Source: a virus
Lineage: Duplodnaviria; Caudoviricetes
DNA length: 64,000 bases
IMG/VR virus record: IMGVR_UViG_3300020177_000966
Reading direction: 5' to 3' (one strand)
The translations under genes were made by a program, and so were the position numbers. Within the stretch, counting starts at the first letter, position 1. Each line of letters starts with the position of its first letter. Below, piece by piece: positions 40,207-48,304 of the stretch. The notes under the pieces are model-generated. The model was not told where the DNA came from. It was given only the letters and a program-made list of their open reading frames with translations, and ran no database searches.

Positions 40207-41172
40207 TTAAAATAACATACTATATAACAATGATTTATTAGTACTTATCAATTCATCTTCATAGTTGTTTTTGTTTTTATACCATACTCCTGAATTACCA
40301 AAGCCGGGATTCTTTGCATAAATTCCAATGTCATTAGCACTACTAGCAATTACAGTTGCATCGCTCTGTATAGGCATTCTTAAAACACTGTCAATTTTTA
40401 CAAAAGGTGATCCGTTACTACTAAGTGTCAAATCGTCGCCGCTTGCTGTAGTAGAAATTGTTGCATCATTAAAAATAAGTTGTTCAATCTCTGTGCTGTC
40501 TTGTCTAAATAATGCTACTTCGTATCCGTCAATTGTAACTTTAAATCCGCTAACACCTGGATCTAAACTTTGATCAAAAAGATTAAGCGCAGAGTCACCT
40601 CTTTGAATACTCTGAATTGTAATTGTTTGAATACCTGTTGTAATAGCATCGTCTACATATTTTTTATTAGGTACATCGTCATCATCGGTAACTTGTGCTT
40701 CATAATTGTTTGTTCCGCTAACACTAAGAACTCCTGTACCTGAATTAATTAAGTATAAATCGCCGCCACCGGTTGAAATGCTATTAGTTCTAATACCAAT
40801 CAGTGCGTTGTTTTCGTCTTTAAAAGTAAAAGTTCCGCCTTTAACAGTTTGTGAAATTGGATCATTATGTGTTGTATTTTCATCAAATACAAAAAATACA
40901 TCTGGATAACTTGAACTAGTACCTCTTTCAATTCGTATACCAGACTGATCAAGTGTAATACCTGTAGAACCTTCTTCTCCAGCATTAAGTATAATAATAT
41001 TATCTTTAAGACTTAAATCTTCAGAATTAACAGTTACAGTATTACCGTCAACAACTAGGTCTCCTGTTATTCTAACTTCTCCTAATTCTGCGCCAGTATC
41101 AAGAGTAATTCGATTACCCTGTGGTACTCGTACTGTGTAATTTCCGCTGTTTACATTTAAAGTCTTTGACAT
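40207..41172 (-). CDS. Fibre-like virion protein (321 aa)
   Basis: GDLVVDGNTVTVNS..L...DNIIILNAGE, GIRIERG, DVPNKKYVD fibre motifs. Confidence 0.7.
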   Translation of the reverse strand: MSKTLNVNSGNYTVRVPQGNRITLDTGAELGEVRITGDLVVDGNTVTVNSEDLSLKDNIIILNAGEEGSTGITLDQSGIRIERGTSSSYPDVFFVFDENTTHNDPISQTVKGGTFTFKDENNALIGIRTNSISTGGGDLYLINSGTGVLSVSGTNNYEAQVTDDDDVPNKKYVDDAITTGIQTITIQSIQRGDSALNLFDQSLDPGVSGFKVTIDGYEVALFRQDSTEIEQLIFNDATISTTASGDDLTLSSNGSPFVKIDSVLRMPIQSDATVIASSANDIGIYAKNPGFGNSGVWYKNKNNYEDELISTNKSLLYSMLF

Positions 41173-41190
41173 CTAAAATTCCTTGTATGT

Positions 41191-41214
41191 GTGTGGGGAA
41201 TTTCTCCCCCACAC
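41191..41214. other. Intergenic 8-bp GC-rich hairpin
   Basis: GTGTGGGG-N8-CCCCACAC with no U-tract on either strand. Confidence 0.5.
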
Positions 41215-41220
41215 TAATCC

Positions 41221-41595
41221 TTAGATGGCAACTAGTGCCATGTATGACACTGTTGAATCATCTTCAACAGTCCACTTGTAACGATTATTGTTTTCATCTC
41301 TACAAGTTCTGTTGTAAATTTTAGTAACCCATACACTTGAACCATCTGCTGTAATGATGCCGTTAATTGACATTTCATTGTCGGCTAATGAACCGCTTGC
41401 TTTAGCAACTAGTGTACATACACCTTCGTTACCTGATCCAAGTTTTGAATCATCAACTTTAAATTTATTTTGTGATCTTTGTGAAATGATCATACCTTGT
41501 TCTGTAGCTGAGTTTGCTCCAACTTTACAGTTAATTGTTAAGTTAGTACCGTCTGCTAATACACCAAAGTTTCTTTTATTTAATGGACGTCCCAT
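41221..41595 (-). CDS. Hypothetical protein downstream of the major capsid gene (124 aa; possible head decoration protein)
   Basis: MGRPLNKRNFG start, AAGGAG RBS, own late promoter at 41685-41691. Confidence 0.65.
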   Translation of the reverse strand: MGRPLNKRNFGVLADGTNLTINCKVGANSATEQGMIISQRSQNKFKVDDSKLGSGNEGVCTLVAKASGSLADNEMSINGIITADGSSVWVTKIYNRTCRDENNNRYKWTVEDDSTVSYMALVAI

Positions 41596-41610
41596 TTGTT
41601 TCTCCTTATA

Positions 41611-41680
41611 AAACGTTCTAGGTCTACGCAGTGGGTCAATTCTGCATAAGTCTATCTATTTGATAGCACGATTTACGACA
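41611..41680 (-). promoter_or_regulatory. Candidate structured 5' leader RNA of gene 41221-41595
   Basis: Hairpins CUAUC/GAUAG and UAUGCAG/CUGCGUA lie between the late promoter and the RBS. Confidence 0.45.
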
Positions 41681-41710
41681 CAAGTATTTATCAAAGTTTA
41701 CTCAAGTCAT

Positions 41711-41736
41711 AAAAAAAGGCCCCGAAGGGCCTTTTT
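41711..41736. terminator. Intrinsic terminator after the major capsid gene
   Basis: On the minus strand: AAAAAAGGCC-CUUCG-GGCCUUUUUUU. Confidence 0.9.
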
Positions 41737-41757
41737 TCGTTTTAGTAAGTTTTAAAC

Positions 41758-42921
41758 TTAGCTGAAGCTTACATTGGCAATACTGATTCTACCTAAGTAG
41801 TCAGCGGCATTACCAAGTGAAGAAGCAACGTTTGATAGCTCAACATATCCGTAACGTGTCATAAATGATACGACAGGCTCGAATGATGCTGGGTCTAACA
41901 CAACACCACTTGACATTAGAGGAATGTAAGGAGCGTAGAACGCTGGTGCGTCTGATTCGCTTGATCCTTTGTATCCAACTAGTACGTCAGTTGCGTCTGA
42001 TGCGTATGCATCAACGTAGACTTTCATCGCGCCGTTCAATGTACCAACCATCTTAGTGTTAGTTGGTGCTTCGAATGTACCTTCAGTTGTTCTTGCGAAC
42101 GCAGAAGTTGTTGCGGACTGTAGGATAGTCAATGCATATGGTGAAACCACTGCATAGTTACCTGCGCCACGACGTGTACGAGCGGCAATCTTGTTTGCAA
42201 CACGGTTGATCATAACAGCTAGTGCCGCATGCTCATCGCCAACGAAAGTGGCAGTACCACTTACAGATGACTGATCGTATTGTACGTCTGATTCAGCAGT
42301 TCCAGCTAGTGAACGTAAAGAAGCAAGTACTTCTTGATCGATTTCAGCTGTAATCTCCTGTGCAAGAGCTGCCATGATCTCAGCTTCGATGTCAATGCCT
42401 TGTTGGGCTTGTGCATCTTGAGCAGATTCAAAAGTCCAGCGAGCTGATAGCTTTCTGGTTTTTGCTTCTACTGTTTGCTTTAAGATCTGGATAGACATTC
42501 TCTTACCAGCGGCACCTTCAAGTGTTGCTGTTGCATCAGCTTTGTCGGTAGAACCGCCGCCACTGTAGCCAACACCAATTTTGAATGGTGATAGAGCTTC
42601 TTCACCAGCAGTTACATCATCAAATGAATCTGCGTAGCGTACTCTTAGTGTGTGGATTTGACCCACTGGACCTGTCATGGGCTGTACACCAACTAATTCG
42701 TTGGCGATAACAGTTGGCATAACTCGTCTAATTACCGGAAGGATAACTCTGTTTAGTGTAGCAACATTACCTGCAGAAGTTGCACCTGCTGTCGCATTCT
42801 CTGCCAAATACCTTTTAGTATTTTCTAGAGTAACACCCATTACAGCTTTCTTGTTGCCTTCAAGGCCTTCAAGAAGTGCATTTTTGGTATCCTGCCAGCG
42901 ACTCTCAAATAGTTCTGACAT
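41758..42921 (-). CDS. gp23: Major capsid protein, T4 gp23-like (387 aa)
   Basis: LPVIRRVMPTVIANELVGVQPMTGPVGQIHTLR, VEAKTRKLSARWTFE, EITAEIDQE, FYAPYIPL, FMTRYG. Confidence 0.95.
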   Translation of the reverse strand: MSELFESRWQDTKNALLEGLEGNKKAVMGVTLENTKRYLAENATAGATSAGNVATLNRVILPVIRRVMPTVIANELVGVQPMTGPVGQIHTLRVRYADSFDDVTAGEEALSPFKIGVGYSGGGSTDKADATATLEGAAGKRMSIQILKQTVEAKTRKLSARWTFESAQDAQAQQGIDIEAEIMAALAQEITAEIDQEVLASLRSLAGTAESDVQYDQSSVSGTATFVGDEHAALAVMINRVANKIAARTRRGAGNYAVVSPYALTILQSATTSAFARTTEGTFEAPTNTKMVGTLNGAMKVYVDAYASDATDVLVGYKGSSESDAPAFYAPYIPLMSSGVVLDPASFEPVVSFMTRYGYVELSNVASSLGNAADYLGRISIANVSFS

Positions 42922-42931
42922 TATTTTCTCC

Positions 42932-44032
42932 TTATTTCAATCCTGCAAGTCTTTTGAGTTCAACAACGTTATTTGCTGAATCTACGCTTGCATTAGTGTC
43001 ATTATTTGTCTTATTGCCTGTAATATGTGTGCCTTCTGTAAGTGTTGCCTTGGTTTCCTTCACTGGTGTGTTCCCTGCGATAACGCTTGGCATGTACTTA
43101 TCGAAAGACTTGTGCAGTTTTTCGGTTTGTACAGATTCCAGTAAGTCTGACATGATTTCTCTTTGACCTTTGTTTAAAGGACCGAGTAATTCATTCATAA
43201 TTTCTTTACGCTGTGCAGTATTTTTAGCAACTTTAATTTCAGCGTCTTTGCTTTCTACTAGTTTTGCTTTTTCTGCTGCCTGCGCTTTAGCTTCGGCTAA
43301 TTGCTTATCTTTTAACTCAACTACTTTTAATAGTTTTGCAGTCTCAGACTTTTCATTTAAGTAACTTGATTGATATTCGCTAGCGAATGATTCAAACAAC
43401 TTACGACCAAAGTCATTTCTGCGAGCCGCATCAATGTCTTCTTTTAATTGACTAATTTCTGACTTTAGACCTTTGTCAACGGTTTCTGCGACAACATGTG
43501 TTGCGTCTTGGATAAACTTGGATTTAACCTTGGCTAGATGATCTTTAGCTTCACGTACTAAACGTACCTTTGTTTCAGCTAAATCTTTTTTATCTTCATA
43601 AAATTCTGCAATTTCTTTAGAAAGTGCATCAACAATAAAGTTCTCCAATGTATGGAACTTGTCAGCCATTAATTTCTGATCTTCGTGTAATTCGCCAATT
43701 TCTTTACCTAACTGCTGTACAACAAATTTTTGCATTAGGTTTGCGTTTTCACGCATTGCTACGGCATATTTTGCTCTTGCTTCAGCTAATTTTTGGCGAT
43801 CATCTTGGAACTCAGTAATTTCTTCGCTTAGTTTATCGGCAAGCATTGCGTCAATAGCTTCTACCATTGTTTGCTTGTCGTGCTCATACTTTTGAGCAAA
43901 CTCTTCGCGAAGTTCAGCTGTAGCTTGCATCTTATTCTCGCGAATTTTTGCATTCCATGCTTCTTCGATCTCTAGTTTGATGTCTTCTGAAACTACATTG
44001 TTTTCAAAGAGTGCTTTCAGTGCATCTAACAT
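42932..44032 (-). CDS. gp22: Prohead core scaffold protein, gp22-like (366 aa)
   Basis: Long coiled-coil, E/K-rich; lies between the protease and the capsid gene. Confidence 0.8.
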   Translation of the reverse strand: MLDALKALFENNVVSEDIKLEIEEAWNAKIRENKMQATAELREEFAQKYEHDKQTMVEAIDAMLADKLSEEITEFQDDRQKLAEARAKYAVAMRENANLMQKFVVQQLGKEIGELHEDQKLMADKFHTLENFIVDALSKEIAEFYEDKKDLAETKVRLVREAKDHLAKVKSKFIQDATHVVAETVDKGLKSEISQLKEDIDAARRNDFGRKLFESFASEYQSSYLNEKSETAKLLKVVELKDKQLAEAKAQAAEKAKLVESKDAEIKVAKNTAQRKEIMNELLGPLNKGQREIMSDLLESVQTEKLHKSFDKYMPSVIAGNTPVKETKATLTEGTHITGNKTNNDTNASVDSANNVVELKRLAGLK

Positions 44033-44046
44033 TTGTTTCTCCTAGT

Positions 44047-44694
44047 CTATTTGAGTCCGCTGATAATGTTTATCAACGACTCCTTTAAATACTTCTGTGC
44101 CTTTTCATCGCCATTAAGTTCGCGAGCCAAATTGTATGCCTTATACCCACCACGAGTATTCATTAGGTGCTCGTAAATAGGCGTTGGATAAGCCCCAGGA
44201 GCACTTGGTTGGGCAACGGCATCGACAGTGATTATTTCAAATTCGCTGACTTCCCCGCTACCATCATCTTTTACATTACCCGATCCCCTTGATGAAACAC
44301 CTAGTTTTACACCATTTTGAATCATGGTTTGAACTAGTTGTCCCATCGGGGTTGGAATAATTTTTAGTTTTCCATAACCGTTTGGACCATCCATCCACAT
44401 TTCTGTGATCATATGGCTTACACGATCTAAGTTAATATTGAGTCCTTCAGGATGATCAACTTCGCCTAATACACTATACCCGCCTTGAATTTGATCGTTG
44501 AGCGTGTTGACAGCCCTACTGATCTCACTTACAGGATATACACGCTGGTTTGCGTTACGAACACCACCTTGAATGCAGATACCTTTTAAGTACAAGTCCT
44601 TACCACCTGCACTATTTTCAGTAGTCTCAACGACCATTTTAGCTTGGTCGAATGATAGTGTTTCGGTTAAGTTATGCATCCCCATAATCCTCAA
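44047..44694 (-). CDS. gp21: Prohead protease, gp21-like (215 aa)
   Basis: LKGICIQGGVRNANQRVY, GEVDHP, INLDRVSH, LGVSSRGSG, D.VAQPSAPGAY. Confidence 0.93.
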   Translation of the reverse strand: MRIMGMHNLTETLSFDQAKMVVETTENSAGGKDLYLKGICIQGGVRNANQRVYPVSEISRAVNTLNDQIQGGYSVLGEVDHPEGLNINLDRVSHMITEMWMDGPNGYGKLKIIPTPMGQLVQTMIQNGVKLGVSSRGSGNVKDDGSGEVSEFEIITVDAVAQPSAPGAYPTPIYEHLMNTRGGYKAYNLARELNGDEKAQKYLKESLINIISGLK

Positions 44695-45606
44695 TTAAGA
44701 ACCAATAGTACTTTTACTATTTGTTCCAGTTTCGCCTGCGCCTTTTTTCTCTGCGCCGTGGCCTTTGGCATTTGACATTGCAGGTGCTTTTTTGTTACCA
44801 GATACATTAACTTGATTAAAGTCTTCTACATTTGGAGTACTTACGCTTCCACCTTTTTCTTCAGCTGAACCTTTAGCAATATTTGCAGTAGTTCCGCCCA
44901 TGTCGTTTTTGCCAGCAACTGGAGATTTTGCTTTGTTGTCTTCACCTTTTGGTGCGGCAACTTTTTCAACATACTCTCTCATTTGCTCTGCTTGTGATTT
45001 TTTACCTTCATAAGCTGGCATGCCAAGTGTTGAAGGGTCATATGACTCTTCTTCTGCTTCTTCATCACCTTCGTCGTCCATGTCCATTTCGTCGCCATCT
45101 TCGTCGCCTTCATCGTCCATGTCGCCTTCTTCTCCAGACATCATTTTTTCAAATTCTGCCTTTAGGTCATCAAGTGCATCTTCTAGGTCAACTACACGGT
45201 CTTCTAGCTCTTCTTCGCCTTCTTCACCTTCGTCGCCCATATCCATTACACCGTCTTCGTCGTCGCCATCGGCTTCAATGTCTTTTAACATGTCTGGGCC
45301 TGGCTCGCCGCCCATTGGGTCAGCTTCTGGTGTAAATTCGTCAAAGTTTTCATCGACTTCTTCGTCGTCTGATTCTTCTAAATCTTCGTCGTCTGTAGCT
45401 TCATCTACTTCTTCATCTGTAGCTTCATCTACTTCTTCATCTGTAGCTTCATCTACTTCTAGATCTTCTAGATCAGATTCGATCATTTTTTCGTAGATGC
45501 TACGTGATTTTTCAATCACAAATTCATGAAACAACTGATCAGCTCCATCGCGATCGTTGTTAACTAATTTTTCGAGCATTTGCTCTAGCTTTGTTGTGTC
45601 TGCCAT
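44695..45606 (-). CDS. Highly acidic prohead core protein (303 aa)
   Basis: Very D/E-rich, AGGAG RBS, late motif GTAAATA at 45650-45655; position equivalent to T4 core genes 67/68. Confidence 0.7.
   Translation of the reverse strand: MADTTKLEQMLEKLVNNDRDGADQLFHEFVIEKSRSIYEKMIESDLEDLEVDEATDEEVDEATDEEVDEATDDEDLEESDDEEVDENFDEFTPEADPMGGEPGPDMLKDIEADGDDEDGVMDMGDEGEEGEEELEDRVVDLEDALDDLKAEFEKMMSGEEGDMDDEGDEDGDEMDMDDEGDEEAEEESYDPSTLGMPAYEGKKSQAEQMREYVEKVAAPKGEDNKAKSPVAGKNDMGGTTANIAKGSAEEKGGSVSTPNVEDFNQVNVSGNKKAPAMSNAKGHGAEKKGAGETGTNSKSTIGS
45392..45460. repeat. 24-bp tandem repeat, about 2.9 copies (peptide VDEATDEE)
   Basis: TCTGTAGCTTCATCTACTTCTTCA at 45392 and 45416, plus a partial copy at 45440. 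Confidence 0.9.
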
Positions 45607-45716
45607 TGTTTTCTCCTATAATAAGTTTATTGGTAAGGCTGTCTACTATTATTTACACATACCTTAAAAAAGCGGTGGTAAATGGTGTCAAAACGACTCG
45701 TTTTGAAAAAAAGTGT

Positions 45717-46322
45717 TTAAAAATCGTAATATCTTTTAAATTCGCTTAAATTTATGTGTGACAAATTCTTACATTTTTTTAATTGTTTAGGTACAAAGTC
45801 GTCATTGTCTTCTCTAACTCTAATATATTGTGTACCTTGATGTGCGTCACATGTCGATGATGTTTGTCTCTCCCAATTGCCAAAATACGTAGCAGGATCA
45901 CCTTCACGTTTATAATTCTGTGTTCCTGCGTATAAATTATTTACCTTTGTACGCTGTCCATACTTATCAGGTGCTCCGTGAAAATCAAACCCTAATATGT
46001 ATATTGTATCATGTCCGTGTGTACTTGCAAGCCATAATGCTGTTGGACCACTACTCCATCCTTTACTAGGTTGAAAGAAATTAAATCCTTGCATTCCGTG
46101 AAATTGTTTATTAGGATTGGTCCAAACTTCGTGACTCATTTGCCATTTTTGTTGATTAATCTCTAAGATCATTTTAACATCAACTGCAACTAGATAGTCA
46201 GGTTCGTGCTTTCTAAAGACTGCATTACATGCGTACACTTTACCGTATTGTTTTAATGAATTTATATCAATGTCTCTACGACTTTCGCCGTTGCCAAGTA
46301 CGAATGCTACCGTCATTAACAA
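45717..46322 (-). CDS. Maf/DUF115-like putative glycosyltransferase-fold protein (about 199-201 aa; ATG at 46316 is the likely start)
   Basis: AFVLGNGESR...VYACNA.FR...PDYLVAVD, WSSGPTAL.LA, IYILGFDF. Confidence 0.55.
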   Translation of the reverse strand: MLMTVAFVLGNGESRRDIDINSLKQYGKVYACNAVFRKHEPDYLVAVDVKMILEINQQKWQMSHEVWTNPNKQFHGMQGFNFFQPSKGWSSGPTALWLASTHGHDTIYILGFDFHGAPDKYGQRTKVNNLYAGTQNYKREGDPATYFGNWERQTSSTCDAHQGTQYIRVREDNDDFVPKQLKKCKNLSHINLSEFKRYYDF

Positions 46323-46328
46323 AAAGTC

Positions 46329-46568
46329 CTATATTTCAGGTTGTGCTTGTATTCCGTACATTTGACGTACGAAACCTAATTCTTTTTCTGTTTCTTCTAC
46401 ATGAAGTTCGGATGCTTTACGGGCTTTGTTAATTTGTCTTAGCGTAAGTCGAGTTTTACGTGTGTCGTCGCGCTTTACAATGCTATCGTCATCCGTAGCA
46501 TCATAACCTTTATCTTCAACAGGTTCAATAGTTTCTTTGTCAAAATAAAATAATTCACGTAATATCAT
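46329..46568 (-). CDS. Small hypothetical protein downstream of portal (79 aa)
   Basis: MILRELF start, RKTRLTLRQINKARK; late motif ATAAATA at 46574-46580. Confidence 0.65.
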   Translation of the reverse strand: MILRELFYFDKETIEPVEDKGYDATDDDSIVKRDDTRKTRLTLRQINKARKASELHVEETEKELGFVRQMYGIQAQPEI

Positions 46569-46576
46569 AATAGTAT

Positions 46577-48292
46577 TTATGCCTCTGGCGTAGGTTCTGG
46601 TGCTGGTGTAGTAGCACTTTCAGGACCTTCGTCGGTACCTGTTACTGTAGGTTCTTCTGCATCGTCTGCTGTATCAACTGCGCTTCCTAAATCACCTTCA
46701 ATACCTGCTCCACTAATTCCTGCTCCTCGCATTTCTGCACTTGCATCTGTTGGACTAACTACTAATTCGTCGTTTTCTTCTTTCCATAAACGTTCGTTTT
46801 CTGCAACTTCTGCATCGCTCATTCCTAAGAAACGCTTTAATGCATATCTATTACTAATAAACGGAATAGCTTGTATTTGTGCAAACGTACCAATCCTTTG
46901 ATTATCAAGTTCTGATTGTCTATAACTTGCAAAGTTTTGTGGTGGTTGAAACACAAGGTCAAACATCGCAACATCAATGTTAATTCCTTTTTCTACTAGA
47001 TAACGTTTAAATTCTAAATTAAAAACTTCTGTAACTAAATTTTGTAAACGCTCGCAATATTTGTTAAAACGCAATTCTTGAATATATGCTGTTCCAACTC
47101 TACCATCGTTAAATTGGCCTTGTCCTTCATCTTGTGCCGCACTTGGCAAATATGAACTTGGAATACGTAAACCTCTAATAAGTTTATTAGTAAAGTATTT
47201 TAAGTCGTCAATCTCACCAAGGTTTGTACCGCCTGGTAGTGTATCAACTTTAGATCCTCTACCTTCAGCAGTTTGTGGGAAGAAGTAATCTTCGTTGGTT
47301 GACAGAGGATTATAAGCTGAGTCTATGACATTAGTTCCGCCTCCTGTCTTCGATGGGATCCTTCTTTGATGGATTTCCGTTTTTACACGCTCCACAAATT
47401 GCATAGCAAGGTGTGAAGGCATGTTACCCACATCAACATAAAATACTCTTCTTTCTGGAGCTCTTTGTACGCGATAGATAATAATCGCATCTTCAAGCAA
47501 TTCTTTTTGTTTATAAACTTTAAAAATAGTTTCTAATAGACTGTTACCAAATGGAGCGTTATTATCTAAGCCTTCACTTAGACTTAAATGTACCATATGT
47601 TCAGCATCAACAGCAAATTCTTTTTGTTTATCGTGACCAAATCTTGAACTTGAACTCTGTGTTGATGTGTTACCAACCATTCCTCTAACACCGCCAGTTA
47701 AATAGCCGTCACCGCCTCCAGTTACGTTGCCGTTAGTTGTATAAGGTGTAGTTGCTACTTTATCAACAAAATTTAAGTTAATGTCTTTTACAATATATTG
47801 CTCAGGAGTTTTTCCTGTGCTTTCGTTAACAATGATACTTGAAACTTTTGCAGGATCAACGTGATGCCATTTTTTAGTTTCTGGATCTCTAATAAAAAAT
47901 GCATCACCAAATTTAAACACATTTCTAATAATACGAAACATTCTCGTATTAAAACTATTAAGTCTAGTCCATTGTTGCAAGTAGTTTTCGAGTACTTTAA
48001 TTTCGCTATTAGTAGCTTTTTGTTTAAAGTCTAAACTAAAACTGGTTTTATTTTGTGGATTTTGCTGTGTACAAAATTCAGCAAGAATATCTAGTGCCGC
48101 ATTAACTTCACTATCCATATCCATAACATTATATTGTCCATAACGTTCTGCTCTATTTGGAGCTCCGCTATAGACATCAGGAAGGAAACTACTATAATTT
48201 GATTTTGCCGGTCCAGGCTGTCCACTACTTGCTGACGAGAATGGGCTTACATTACCAGTTTCTACCGGTGTAAAATATCTTTTCCAACTCAT
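46577..48292 (-). CDS. gp20: Portal protein, T4 gp20-like (571 aa)
   Basis: LEDAIIIYRVQRAPERRVFYVDVGNMP, EDYFFP..AEGRGSKVDTLPGG.NLGEIDDLKYF..KL.RGLRIPSS. Confidence 0.95.
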   Translation of the reverse strand: MSWKRYFTPVETGNVSPFSSASSGQPGPAKSNYSSFLPDVYSGAPNRAERYGQYNVMDMDSEVNAALDILAEFCTQQNPQNKTSFSLDFKQKATNSEIKVLENYLQQWTRLNSFNTRMFRIIRNVFKFGDAFFIRDPETKKWHHVDPAKVSSIIVNESTGKTPEQYIVKDINLNFVDKVATTPYTTNGNVTGGGDGYLTGGVRGMVGNTSTQSSSSRFGHDKQKEFAVDAEHMVHLSLSEGLDNNAPFGNSLLETIFKVYKQKELLEDAIIIYRVQRAPERRVFYVDVGNMPSHLAMQFVERVKTEIHQRRIPSKTGGGTNVIDSAYNPLSTNEDYFFPQTAEGRGSKVDTLPGGTNLGEIDDLKYFTNKLIRGLRIPSSYLPSAAQDEGQGQFNDGRVGTAYIQELRFNKYCERLQNLVTEVFNLEFKRYLVEKGINIDVAMFDLVFQPPQNFASYRQSELDNQRIGTFAQIQAIPFISNRYALKRFLGMSDAEVAENERLWKEENDELVVSPTDASAEMRGAGISGAGIEGDLGSAVDTADDAEEPTVTGTDEGPESATTPAPEPTPEA

Positions 48293-48304
48293 TTATTTGT
48301 TTCC

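Noticed and set aside
44928-45496. Ser-rich (45020-45496) and Arg/Leu-rich (44928-45335) ORFs
   Set aside because: Reverse-complement artefacts of GAA/GAC/GAT-rich codons in the acidic core gene.
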